A stretch of DNA of 64,000 nucleotides from Acidobacteriota bacterium (GTDB taxonomy: Bacteria; Acidobacteriota; Terriglobia; Bryobacterales; Bryobacteraceae). The position numbers and the translations under genes were made by a program. The DNA lies in NCBI GenBank assembly GCA_043755595.1, contig JAYUSQ010000106.1, forward strand, positions 39,598 to 103,597, read 5' to 3'. Each line of letters opens with the position of its first letter. Within the stretch, counting starts at the first letter, position 1. The notes beneath the pieces are model-generated. The model did no database searches. It had not been told where the DNA came from and saw nothing but the letters and a program-made list of their open reading frames with translations. Positions 29,028 through 38,806 of this stretch are shown here, piece by piece.

Positions 29028-29080
29028 GGGCCGGGCGGGTTGTAGTCGAGGTTTCGTGGATCTCGTCCCGCCCGGGTATG
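29028..29080 (+). promoter_or_regulatory. Candidate stem-loop in the rpsT 5' leader / hemY 3' region.
   Basis: ccgggcggg at about 29033-29042 pairs with cccgcccgg at about 29068-29076 (9-bp GC stem, loop of about 25 nt). There is no downstream U-tract, so it is not a classic intrinsic terminator. Confidence 0.3.
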
Positions 29081-29139
29081 ATTGACTGGAGCGGTCGCTG
29101 TGAGTTACTCTGAAATGGTACTTCCAAGAAAGTTGTTAG

Positions 29140-29406
29140 ATGGCTAATCACGTCTCCGCAGTTAAGGCTACCCGCCAAATCGAAACGCGCACCGCAGTGA
29201 ACGGCGTTCGCCGCACCCGGCTTCGCCACCAGATCCGCGCCATGCGCCGCGCGCTTGAGGCGAAAGACCCGAAGCAGGCTGAGTCGCTACTGGCTCCGAC
29301 TTTTTCACTGGTGGATCGCGCCGCCAAGTGGGGCATCATCAAGAAGAACACCGCTGCACGGTATAAGAGCCGTCTGCATACCCAGATGAAGAAGCTGGCC
29401 GCTTAG
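29140..29406 (+). CDS. rpsT: 30S ribosomal protein S20.
   Basis: 88 aa. [18 protein letters not shown]...[17 protein letters not shown] matches the S20 consensus. Confidence 0.9.
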   Translation: MANHVSAVKATRQIETRTAVNGVRRTRLRHQIRAMRRALEAKDPKQAESLLAPTFSLVDRAAKWGIIKKNTAARYKSRLHTQMKKLAA

Positions 29407-29504
29407 TTTTTCTTTCGCAACAGCATCAGAATCGCCATACGCCGGATCCCCTCGGGTCCGGCATATGCATTATTCGGTTCCTCTTTCTCTCCCTCCTGTT
29501 TCCT

Positions 29505-29540
29505 CTTGACAGATCGCCACTTTTGCACCTAAACTTCTCC
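29505..29540 (+). promoter_or_regulatory. Candidate sigma-70-like promoter upstream of the PadR-ADOP pair.
   Basis: cTTGACAgatcgccacttttgcaccTAAACT gives a -35 TTGACA, a spacer of about 18 nt and a -10-like TAAACT. It lies about 30 nt upstream of the PadR ATG. Confidence 0.35.
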
Positions 29541-29567
29541 TATCGATAAACGAGGTATCGAACATCA

Positions 29568-29891
29568 ATGGGAAGCAACGAGCTTTTGCCGGGCACGCTT
29601 GCCATGCTGGTGCTGAAAACCCTGTCGCGCGGGGCGAACCACGGCTACGGCATTGCGCAGCAGATCCGATCGATCTCCTCGGACGCGCTGAAGATCGGGG
29701 AAGGCTCGCTCTACCCCGCGCTGCAGCGTTTGCTGGTGAACGAGTGGGTGGAGGCGGAGTGGGGCGTTTCGGAGAACAACCGGAAGGCGCGCATTTACAA
29801 GCTGACAGCGGTGGGACGCGAGCGGCTGGTGGAGGAGCGCAAGAGTTTCGACGCGATGATCGCGGCCATCGGACTGGTGATGGAGGCCTGA
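29568..29891 (+). CDS. PadR family transcriptional regulator.
   Basis: 107-aa ORF. LAMLVLKTLSRGANHGYGI...GSLYPALQRLLVNEWV. Confidence 0.85.
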   Translation: MGSNELLPGTLAMLVLKTLSRGANHGYGIAQQIRSISSDALKIGEGSLYPALQRLLVNEWVEAEWGVSENNRKARIYKLTAVGRERLVEERKSFDAMIAAIGLVMEA

Positions 29892-29896
29892 ACGCC

Positions 29897-31655
29897 ATGC
29901 GGCTTTGGAACAAGATTCGATCGGGGTTCGGGCGCGGGGTGGAGAACGATTTGGCTGAGGAGATGCGGCTTCATCGCGCAAGGCTGGAAGAACGCTTCCG
30001 TGCCGAGGGCTTGAGTGCGCGTGAGGCGCAGGAACGGGCGGCGCGCGAGTTTGGTCCTTCGGCCGGCGCGCTCGAAGACAGCCTTGCGCAATGGGGCTTC
30101 GTTTGGCTTAAATCGATCTGGACCGACGTTCGCTATGCGATGCGTGCGCTAAGGCGCAGCAAGACATTCGCAGCCACGGCGGTGTTGACGTTGGGCGTGG
30201 GGCTGGGGCTGGCGTCGGTCGCCTTCACGCTCTTCAACGCTTACGTGCTTCGACCTGTTGGCGCGGCTGGTGCTGGACGGTGGGCAGCGGGTTTTCTTTG
30301 CGACGATCTCGCCGGAGTTCGCCAAGCTGATCCGGTTGCATTCGCTTGAAATCGACTACCGGGTGTTCGTGTTTGCGCTGGCCGCAGCCGCCGTGGCGGC
30401 AGTGGGCGCGGCGTTGTTGCCGGCATTGCAGTCGACGCGCATGGACATGGTGGCGGCGTTGCGGGGTGAGTTCGGGGGCGGCGTACGGTCTTCGAGGTTG
30501 CGCGATAGCTTGGTGGTGGCGCAGGTGGTGGTGTGCGTGGTGCTGCTGGTTTGCGGCGCGTTGCTCTACCGGCGGGCGGCTGTATTCCAAGCGCTGGATC
30601 CGGGGATGCGGCCGCACGGCGTGGTGGATGTGAATCTGCCGGAGCGGCACGCCGAAGTGGCCGAATTCCTGCGGACGGCGCCTGACGTGGAAGCGGTAGC
30701 GGTAGCTGCGCGCGCGCCGTTTTATGGCAGCTTGGATCGGACGATGGTTACGCCATCGGGACGCACCAATTCCAGCACGACTGAATTCAATTTCGTTTCA
30801 CCGGAATATTTTCGTGTCTTCGACATCGAGTTGCGGCGAGGACGCGTGTTCACCGCCGAAGAAGCCCGCATCGAGGCGCCTGTCGCGATTGTGAACGCCG
30901 CCGCCGCGCAGGCATTCTGGCCGGGTCGGGATCCTATCGGCAAGACCATTAGCGCCGTGCAATCCAAGGAGAGATTCCTGCAGAACCTGCCAGCCGGATA
31001 TAACCAGATCCAGGTAGTGGGCGTGGCCCCCAGCACCCTTGACGGTCCGGTGTTTGCTGAGGCGAACAGGACTTGCATTTATCTGCCTGCGGCGCCCACG
31101 GGGCGAAACGCGAAGAACGTTTTGGTGTTGGTGCGTGGAGACGAAACACGCGCGCTCGACAAATTGCGCCGCGTTATTATCGGTCGCTGGCCAACGCTCA
31201 ACGCCGAGACGGTGCCAGTGAGCGCGGTGTTGGCCCTGCGGGTTTACCCGTTCCGCGCGGCGGCTTGGATTGGGTGGATGCTGGGTTTGGTGGCGATGGC
31301 ACTAAGTGTCTCTGGGATGTACGGCGTCATGTCTTATCTGGTCAACCAGCGCTCCAAAGAGTTCGGCATTCGCGTGGCGCTGGGGGCTACCGCGACGAAC
31401 GTTGTCGCACTGGTGCTGTGGCGGAGCATGTGGCTCACCGGACTCGGTGTGACGATCGGGGGCGGATTTGCAGCGGGCGTGGTCCAACTGTTGCTGTGGT
31501 TCAGCGCGCGTGCTAGCGTCAGCTTGCTGGCTTGGGACAGCATGGCTTTGTTCATCGGATGCGGGGTGGCCGCGGTGGCAGCCATCCTCGCGGCGCTGGG
31601 TCTGTCGAGCCGGGCTGGGCGCACCGATCCTAATGCAATTCTGCGGGCGGAGTAA
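29897..31655 (+). CDS. ADOP/FtsX-like permease, short variant (about 586 aa) with an apparent frameshift near 30250-30270.
   Basis: ATG at 29897 (MRLWNKIRSGF...) follows the PadR stop. The frame 29744..30349 carries the ADOP N-leader and TM1 (TFAATAVLTLGVGLGLASVAF). The frame 30258..31655 carries the periplasmic domain (FNFVSPEYFRVFDIELRRGR) and the FtsX TM bundle. Much of the first periplasmic domain appears absent. Confidence 0.55.
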
Positions 31656-31813
31656 GAAAACTAAGTAACACGGCTCAGGCTGGAAAGGGAAAAAACCCGG
31701 CTCCTCCGCTTTTCGCTCATGCGCTTCGATTCGGCGGCGATAAGCGCAAAATGACCTAGCGAGGCGTCGCACAAGCGGCCCGAATCCAACCGGTCATCGA
31801 AACAAGGAGCCGC

Positions 31814-33166
31814 ATGAATCGTCTTCAGAAGAGCACATTGTCTTTTGTGCTGTCTGCCGCCACGCTGCTGGGCGGGCAATCGAAGAGTGTCGAGGAGTTA
31901 ACCCTCACTTCACCGCTGATCGTTTTGGGGCGCGTCTCAGCCGCCGGAAGCTACGCCGGGGCCGATGGCGAGATTTACACCGATGTTTCGGTGACTCCCG
32001 ATTCGGTGTTGCAAGACGCGACGGGCGCGGCCGATGGTCCCGCCGAAATTCGCTTCACGGTCAAAGGCGGAACGATCGGCGATCGAGTGGTTTATTTTTC
32101 CGATTCACCGCAGTTCACCGCAGGCGAGGACGTGGCGATTTTTGGCGACGCCGCCACAGCGCACTTCGACAAATTCACGCTTGACCCGGTGCGCGGTGCG
32201 GAGATCTTACGCCAGATCGGGCAAGCGCGCGAAGACTCCGGTGACCCTCTTCCGGCGAGCCGGTTGGATCGTGCGCGGGCGTTTGTGCGTCAAGCGGACC
32301 GCTCCGGCCGGGAACGGGTAGGCGAGATTGAGTTGAATGCGGTTTCCTGCTCAGCCTATATGGGGCCGAAGTGGTCGACACCGGCCACTACGTACAGCTT
32401 GGCGGCGACGCTTCCGGCTGCCTGGGCGCCGGGCGTGTTGGCGGCTGCGCAGAGTTGGAATACGGGCGGGTCGCGCTTTGCCTTTTCGTTGAACGCGTCG
32501 AGTCCGCACTCGGTTCTGTTTGGCGATCTCGGCGCCACGGGCCCGCTGGCTTCGACGCGGGTTGAATACTATCAGTCGTCTCAACAGTTGGTGAAGTTCA
32601 CGCTCACTTTCAACAGCCGGTATACCTGGACGATCACGGGAGAAGCGGGAAAATTCGACGTGCAGGCGATTGCGACGCACGAATTGGGACACGCGCTCGG
32701 TCTCAATCATCCGGCTGATACGACATGCAATAACGAGACTATGTGGGCCTCGGCTGCTGCGGGCGAAACCAAGAAGCGGAGCCTAGAGGCGGGCGACAAA
32801 GCTGGCGTGGTGTCGCTCTATGGATCGGCCACGGCGGGTTCGACGTCAGCACCGGCTCCAGCGCCAACGCCTGTTCCCGCCCCAGTCACTTTGACGAATT
32901 TCGCGCTGGTGGCGACGCGAGCAGTCGCCACTAAACCCGTGGTGTTGCTCTTTCAGGGCACGGGCATCGATCCAGCCAAGCTCCAAGGCGTGTTCACCGG
33001 AGGCGCGTGCGGCACGGCGGGCTGCATTGCGACTCCGTACTCTGCGTCTGAGCTGAATGCGGTTTTCATCAACTCCCTACCGGCTGGAGCTTATTCCGTA
33101 GCTGTCCGCAACAGCGCGACCGGCGCGCTCAGCGCAACGCGCACCTTCACCGTTAACGCTCAGTAG
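31814..33166 (+). CDS. Secreted matrixin-like zinc metalloprotease (M10-like HExxHxxGxxH) with a C-terminal Pro/Ala linker and beta-sandwich domain.
   Basis: Signal peptide MNRLQKSTLSFVLSAATLLGGQS. Zinc motif ATHELGHALGLNH plus a downstream Met. Linker APAPAPTPVPAP. Confidence 0.75.
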   Translation: MNRLQKSTLSFVLSAATLLGGQSKSVEELTLTSPLIVLGRVSAAGSYAGADGEIYTDVSVTPDSVLQDATGAADGPAEIRFTVKGGTIGDRVVYFSDSPQFTAGEDVAIFGDAATAHFDKFTLDPVRGAEILRQIGQAREDSGDPLPASRLDRARAFVRQADRSGRERVGEIELNAVSCSAYMGPKWSTPATTYSLAATLPAAWAPGVLAAAQSWNTGGSRFAFSLNASSPHSVLFGDLGATGPLASTRVEYYQSSQQLVKFTLTFNSRYTWTITGEAGKFDVQAIATHELGHALGLNHPADTTCNNETMWASAAAGETKKRSLEAGDKAGVVSLYGSATAGSTSAPAPAPTPVPAPVTLTNFALVATRAVATKPVVLLFQGTGIDPAKLQGVFTGGACGTAGCIATPYSASELNAVFINSLPAGAYSVAVRNSATGALSATRTFTVNAQ

Positions 33167-33199
33167 TTCTGTTTCGGGCCCATGCTACTTTAGTCGGTT

Positions 33200-34618
33200 A
33201 TGTCAGGTTTTCCGAGAGTAGCGGCGCTCAAGAGCGTCGAGGTCTTCCAGGCTCGATTGACTGAAATAGGAGCGCCCCTCGCTTGCGACGCTGAGGTGCT
33301 GGCCGCACCCCATTCGCCTTTGGCCGCGCCGCTGGCAGTGGATGGCTTCACCGTTGGCAACCGCTTCGCGATTCATCCGATGGAGGGCTGGGACGCCGAA
33401 GCGGATGGTAAACCGTCGGACTTGGTTCGCCGGCGTTGGCTGAACTTTGGGCGCAGCGGCGCCAAGTGGCTGTGGGGTGGCGAGGCGATGGCGGTGGTGC
33501 ATGAAGGCCGCGCCAACCCTCGGCAGTTGGTGATCGACGAGGCGAACGAAGAGTCGCTCAAATCGTTGCTCAGCGATACGGTGGAGGCGCATCGCGGCGA
33601 GTTCGGCAGCGCCGATGATCTACTGGTGGGCTTTCAACTCACGCACTCGGGCCGCTTCTGCCGCCCGAATCAATACAAGGTGACAGAGCCTCGCATCCTG
33701 TATCGACATCCGGTGCTTGACCGCAAGTTCGGCATTGCCTCCGACGACGCGGTGATGAGCGACGACGAGATTCGCCGGTCGATCGAACGCTTCATCGGGG
33801 CCGCGCAGATCGCGCAACGGTGCGGGGCGCATTTCGTCGACGTCAAGCATTGCCATGGTTACTTGGGCCATGAGTTTCTGAGCTCGCACAGCCGTCCGGG
33901 GCCGTTCGGCGGGAGCTTTGAAAATCGCACTCGATTCCTGCGCGAAATCGTCAGTGGGATTCGCGCCACCTGCCCTGGGCTGCGGATCGGCGTGCGGTTG
34001 TCGGCGTTCGATTTTGTCGCGTATAAGCCGGATCCGGCTTTGTCGACCGCCAAGAAGTTGGGGCCGGGAATTCCAGAGGACGCCGCGGGCGTCACCAGTG
34101 TGGACCTCGGCGAGGCGGCGCGATTTTTGGAACTCTGTGGCGCGCTTGGTATCCGCATGATCAATGTTTCGGCGGGCAGCCCTTATTACAACCCGCACAT
34201 CCAGCGGCCGGCGTTGTTCCCGCCGTCAGATGGTTATCAGCCGCCGGAGGATCCGTTGGTTGGATGCGTGCGTCAGATCGACGCGACGGCTGAGTTGAAG
34301 CGGATGTTTCCCGGCTTGGTGTTGGTTGGCACGGCGTACACGTACTTGCAAGACTATTTCGCGCACGTCGCTCAGGCTCAGGTCCGTCTCGGCAGAGTGG
34401 ACGCCGTGGGTTTGGGCCGCATGGTGCTATCGTATCCGACGCTGCCAGCGGATGCGCTGCGGACGGGCATGCTGAACAACAAAGCGATTTGCCGGACGTT
34501 CTCCGATTGCACCACCGGCCCGCGCCATGGCTTGCGTAGCGGCTGTTTCCCGCTGGATCCGTTCTACAAGACCGTACCGGACTATAAGGAACTGCAACAG
34601 ATCAAGGCAGGCGGGTAG
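33200..34618 (+). CDS. NADH:flavin oxidoreductase, Old Yellow Enzyme family.
   Basis: 472-aa ORF. OYE active-site region HCHGYLGHEFLSSHSRPGPFGGSFENRTRFLREIV. Confidence 0.8.
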   Translation: MSGFPRVAALKSVEVFQARLTEIGAPLACDAEVLAAPHSPLAAPLAVDGFTVGNRFAIHPMEGWDAEADGKPSDLVRRRWLNFGRSGAKWLWGGEAMAVVHEGRANPRQLVIDEANEESLKSLLSDTVEAHRGEFGSADDLLVGFQLTHSGRFCRPNQYKVTEPRILYRHPVLDRKFGIASDDAVMSDDEIRRSIERFIGAAQIAQRCGAHFVDVKHCHGYLGHEFLSSHSRPGPFGGSFENRTRFLREIVSGIRATCPGLRIGVRLSAFDFVAYKPDPALSTAKKLGPGIPEDAAGVTSVDLGEAARFLELCGALGIRMINVSAGSPYYNPHIQRPALFPPSDGYQPPEDPLVGCVRQIDATAELKRMFPGLVLVGTAYTYLQDYFAHVAQAQVRLGRVDAVGLGRMVLSYPTLPADALRTGMLNNKAICRTFSDCTTGPRHGLRSGCFPLDPFYKTVPDYKELQQIKAGG

Positions 34619-34674
34619 TCCGGTTCAATTAGGCGGCTTGTTATGGAGAGAAGCTTTATATAGAATGGCTCTAC

Positions 34675-35004
34675 ATGCAGCTACTCCAAGGCACGCTGGA
34701 TATGTTGGTGCTTCGTTCGCTTATTCTGGGGCCATTGCACGGGTACGGAATCGCGAAGGCGTTGAAATCCCAATCAGGCGAAGCGCTGGACATCGAATTC
34801 GGATCTCTGTATCCCGCCTTGAAGCGGCTGGAATTGAAGGGCTGGATCAACTCCAGTTGGGAAACGTCGGAGCATAATCGCCGGGCCAAATTCTATAAAC
34901 TGACGGCGGCAGGGAAGAAACAACTGCGCGCCGAGCACTCCAAATGGACTGAGTTCGTCGCGGCTGTCGCCCGGATCATGGGGCCCGAGGAGACGGCGAA
35001 ATGA
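34675..35004 (+). CDS. PadR family transcriptional regulator.
   Basis: 109-aa ORF. LDMLVLRSLILGPLHGYGI...GSLYPALKRLELKGWI. Confidence 0.85.
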   Translation: MQLLQGTLDMLVLRSLILGPLHGYGIAKALKSQSGEALDIEFGSLYPALKRLELKGWINSSWETSEHNRRAKFYKLTAAGKKQLRAEHSKWTEFVAAVARIMGPEETAK

Positions 35005-35204
35005 GCGGATGGCGCCGGCTGCTGAATCTGCTTCCAGGACGCCGCCGCGCGGCCGAAGCGGATGTTCGCGAGGAGCTGGAAGCGCTGCGTGAAATGGCCG
35101 GTCCAGGGGAATTGGGGAATCTCACGCTGGCGGCCGAGGATGCGCGGGCTCTCGCATCGAGCAGAACTGGCGCTGAGGCTTGGTGGAGCTATTGCCGTCC
35201 GTGA
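35001..35204 (+). pseudogene. ADOP permease N-terminal fragment (67 aa, cytoplasmic leader only).
   Basis: Overlaps the PadR stop as in intact PadR-ADOP pairs. MSGWRRLLNLLPGRRRAAEADVREELEA... resembles ADOP leaders. It terminates before any TM segment. Confidence 0.5.
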
Positions 35205-35954
35205 GTCTTACCGCCGGCGGCGCGGTCGAATACTTCAAAGAGAGCGGCTTCACTCCCAATGCGGACCTTCAGGTCGAAGGCGAGGTGAAGGTAGTCACGG
35301 ACATTACGTTCGCGGCTGCGGTGGCGAGCGCCAAAACCATCGCCACTACCATCAAGGCGTTCACTGCAGGCCCTCGCGGACCAACCTGCCTTGGGGCAAT
35401 AGCTCGATGCGCGGCTGCGATATGCGGTGCAATTAAAGGCCGAGGACTGGCAGCTGAAGGCGGCCACCGATGGTTTGATGGCTGCGGCGGGCGCGGTTGA
35501 CCGGGCGTTCGCCCCGGCCACGGGAGCCACTTCAGTCGATTTCATTGGCGCGGCCATCGCGCAATTGCAGGCAGCCGGTTACTCGGTCGACGGCGTCGTA
35601 ATGAGCGGCAGCGACGTAGACAAGATGCGGATGTTGAAGAACCCCACTGGCGACTATCTCTGGGCACGGCCCAGTTCGTCGCTGGGCACGCCGGCGGTGG
35701 GGTCTGTGCCGCTGGTGATATCGCCTTCGATGCCTGCCGGCTCGTGGCTGGTCTGCGCTTTCGGGCAAGCCACCGTGCTGTTCTCGCGCCAGCTTCTGAT
35801 AGTCGAGATCGCCTACGAGAACGAGGACGACTTCATTCCGAACGTCGCGTGCTTCCGCGCCGAGGAACGCATCGGTTTGGCAATTCCAGTTCCCGCCCGG
35901 CTGCTCAAGGGAACGTTCACACCTGCGACGGCATTGAGCGCGAACAGGAAATAA
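35180..35954 (+). mobile_element. Prophage remnant: HK97-family major capsid protein fragment (N-truncated, frameshifted).
   Basis: The C-terminal segment SVPLVISPSMPAGSWLVCAFGQATVLFSRQLLIVEIAYENEDDFIPNVACFRAEERIGLAIPVPARLL matches the HK97 MCP C-terminus (E-loop/P-domain consensus: ...yen.ddF.kN.vt.RaEeR.gLav). Confidence 0.6.
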
Positions 35955-36345
35955 GGAAAAGGCCCGCGCCCTTCTCGGGACCACGCGGACGTTCTATGGA
36001 TACACGCAGATCGAACAGGATCGAGTGTACGCCCTGCGCGCCTTCACAGCAAGGTCGAACTGATCGGGTCCAACGGCAACCACGTGCGCTACCTGCCCGG
36101 CGAATTGGCCCGCGCGATGATCGCACGGGATATCGTCGAGATCCACAACCAGAACGGCAAGGGGAAGTCCATCAAGTTTGATCGCGACGGCCAGCAGCCG
36201 CGCGAGCATGATCGGCCCGCCCGGTGACGGCATCGTCAAGGGCGTGAGGTTCACACGGCGGGAGGTGCTCGACGAAACCGGCACGCGTATCTGGTCTGGG
36301 CGCATCACCCGCGCGCGACGAATTACGAATGAGAGATCCGCCCGT

Positions 36346-37389
36346 TTACGGGGCAGCCTTCTTTGGTTTCCACTCACGGGCCAAGCGTTGGGCTTCTGCG
36401 ACCTGGGCAGGCGTCATCTTGGCGGCGGTTTTGTCCCGCGTGTCTGCATACTTCTTCCGAAGGTCAAACGGCGCGCGCGAAGCGGCCAGACTGAACCACA
36501 AATGAGCTGTCACGTAGTCCTTCGGCACGCCGTCGCCATCGTCGTACATGCGGCCGAGGTTGAACTGCGCCTCGGAGAAACCCTGTTCTGCTGACTTGAG
36601 AAACCACTTTCGCGCTTGGGAGTAGTCCTGCAGCCCGCCTACACCACCGTCGAACATGATGCCAAGGCCGCACTGCGCAGTGGCATCACCCTGTTCGGCT
36701 GCCTTGAGAAACCACCCTCGTGCTTGCGCGAAGTCCTGCGGCCCGCCTTCACCTTTGATATACATTATGCCTAGGTTGTACTGCGCCATGGCGTCGCCCC
36801 GTTCAGCCGCCTTGAGAAACCACTTTCGTGCTTGGGCGTAGTCCAGCGGCCCGCCTTGGCCGGTGTAGTACATGGCGCCGAGGTTATACTGTACAATGGG
36901 GCCACCCTGTTCAGCTGAATTGAGAAACCACTTTCGCGCTTGGCCGTAGTCCTGCGGCCCGCCTTCACCTTTGCTATACATTATGCCGACGCTGAACTGC
37001 GCGCGGGCATCACCCTGTTCGGCTGCCTTGAGATACCACTTTCGCGCTTGGGCGTAGTCCAGCGGCCCGCCTTGGCCTTTGCTGTACATTATGCCGAGGT
37101 TGTTCTGCGCGCGGGCATGACCCTGTTCGCCTGCCTTGAGAAACCACTTTCGCGCTTGGGCGTAGTCCTGCGGCACTCCTTCACCTTTGTGGTACTTGAG
37201 ACCGAGGTGGTGCTGCGCGGTGGCATCTCCCTGATCGGCCTTCTCCCTGATCTGATCAACGCCCTGGAAAGCCTGGCCGCGCCCGGTATCAACCAAGGCA
37301 AACAATACTATCGCTCCGATCTTGCTTCCACTCTTACTAAGGGCCATACAGTCGCGCATTGTCGTTTTCTGAACAACCCAGTGTAGCAA
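36346..37389 (-). CDS. Sel1-repeat (TPR-like) secreted protein.
   Basis: 347-aa ORF. Signal peptide, then eight or so 36-aa Sel1 repeats (AQNNLGIMYSKGQGGPLDYAQARKWYLKAAEQGDAR...), also visible as about 108-bp DNA tandem periodicity. Confidence 0.85.
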   Translation of the reverse strand: MLHWVVQKTTMRDCMALSKSGSKIGAIVLFALVDTGRGQAFQGVDQIREKADQGDATAQHHLGLKYHKGEGVPQDYAQARKWFLKAGEQGHARAQNNLGIMYSKGQGGPLDYAQARKWYLKAAEQGDARAQFSVGIMYSKGEGGPQDYGQARKWFLNSAEQGGPIVQYNLGAMYYTGQGGPLDYAQARKWFLKAAERGDAMAQYNLGIMYIKGEGGPQDFAQARGWFLKAAEQGDATAQCGLGIMFDGGVGGLQDYSQARKWFLKSAEQGFSEAQFNLGRMYDDGDGVPKDYVTAHLWFSLAASRAPFDLRKKYADTRDKTAAKMTPAQVAEAQRLAREWKPKKAAP

Positions 37390-37499
37390 CGGCTGGCTCG
37401 ATGTGAAGGCTCACGGCTCATCTAACCGTGTAATCGGTGTGGGGACTACTGTTTTTTGAAGTGTCTAACAACGACACAGATTGCCACTCCGCGCTGGGT

Positions 37500-37988
37500 A
37501 TGCTTAGAATGGCGAGAATGCTGACCGAAATTTCAACTGCATACAGTCTCCTGAAGGGAGCAACCGAGCTCACAAAGGGAGCCATCCAATATTTCAAGGA
37601 CAAGAACGATGGCGAGGGACGCACCCAAGTGGCCGAGATATTCAACATTATCGCCGACCTGAAGATGAGTCTCTATGAGGTTCAGGAAAAGTACGAGGCT
37701 CTTGAAAAAGAGAACGCTCAGCTTCAGGAGGCACTAGCAATAAAGGGAGACGTAATTGCACTGTTAACTGCCTATTGGCTGAGCGTGAACACAGCGGACG
37801 GCGAAAGGCGAATCGACGGCCCGTTCTGTCCGGCATGCTACGACATAAAGAAGCAATTGATACGTCTCTACTACCACTCCTACGCTAGTGCGGGATACGT
37901 GTTTAAGTGTGGAGTCCATCAGGATCTCTCCCTGGCCATTTGCAAACCGAATTGGCCGAAGGAAGCTTTGATGGGACTGCCAGGTTGA
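37500..37988 (+). CDS. Hypothetical protein, low-GC orphan. Coiled-coil N-terminal half and a Cys cluster CPACYD...FKCGVHQ.
   Basis: ORF 37437..37988. The likely start is MLRMARMLTEIST at 37500. Local GC is visibly lower than its surroundings, with many A/T third positions. Confidence 0.5.
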   Translation: MLRMARMLTEISTAYSLLKGATELTKGAIQYFKDKNDGEGRTQVAEIFNIIADLKMSLYEVQEKYEALEKENAQLQEALAIKGDVIALLTAYWLSVNTADGERRIDGPFCPACYDIKKQLIRLYYHSYASAGYVFKCGVHQDLSLAICKPNWPKEALMGLPG

Positions 37989-38189
37989 GAGCCGCGCCTC
38001 AAATGAAAAACCCTCGCGTTTCCGGGAGAGTCGATGTTGCGTTGAATGCCCCGTTTTCGCGTTCAGAGCGGCTCTAGCGCGTTCGGGCGGCGTGGTCGCG
38101 AAGTATCACCACCCCCCAGGGCAGCGTGAGGTCACGCCGCCTTCTTCCGCCTGCCGTCGATGATTGGCAAAGGGGGCGGCTCGGGGAGC

Positions 38190-38806
38190 GCCAGCCTGAT
38201 ATCTGGGCAAAAACCTGCAAGCCGTGATCAGGGTCGTTCATGCCGTGGTGCTGAAACCGCTCCCGTTCCCGGAGGCGGACCGCCTGGTATTTCTGTGGCA
38301 GAAATTCCCCCGAAATGCCCGATCCGATCGGTCCGCGCATGCCGACACCACGCATTGTGTATGAGGAGTGGCGGCGCCAGGACGGCATTTTCAGTGACTT
38401 GGCGGCATACAAAGAAGCGCCGCTCAATGAAGCGGGCGTGACGCGTCCACGGACCATATCCACGGGCTTTGCTTCGACGAACCTATTCTCATTACTTGGG
38501 GCGAACGCATCGATCGGACGGCTGTTCCGGCCCGATGAAGAGCAAAAGGGCAAAGACCGCGTGGTGGTTCTTTCGGATGAATACTTCGCCCGGCGCTTTG
38601 CGCGCGATCCGGCGGCGGTCGGCGGGTCGATCACGCTGGGCCGTGACGATTACACGGTGATTGGAGTGCTGGCTGGCCAATTCCGCTTGAGCGGCGTCTA
38701 CGAGGGCGACTCTCAAAGGAAGCCCGAACTCTGGCTGCCCCTATCGCGATTGTGGAATCGTCCTGCCGATCACGCGGCGTTTCAACTTTTCGTGATGGCG
38801 CAGTAA
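38190..38806 (+). pseudogene. ADOP permease fragment (first periplasmic domain only), frameshifted. It lacks TM1 and everything downstream.
   Basis: ...AVVLKPLPFPEADRLVFLWQKFP then a frame shift to ...IVYEEWRRQDGIFSDLAAYKEAPLNEAGVTRPRTISTGFASTNLFSLLGANASIGRLFRPDEEQKGKDRVVVLSDEYFARRF...YTVIGVLAGQF. An in-frame stop lies immediately upstream at about 38190. Confidence 0.55.

Noticed and set aside
36400-37250. Periodic roughly 108-bp DNA repeats, considered as a CRISPR-like or satellite array.
   Set aside because: The periodicity is in-frame and encodes 36-aa Sel1 repeats of a single secreted protein. There are no spacer-like unique segments and no cas genes.
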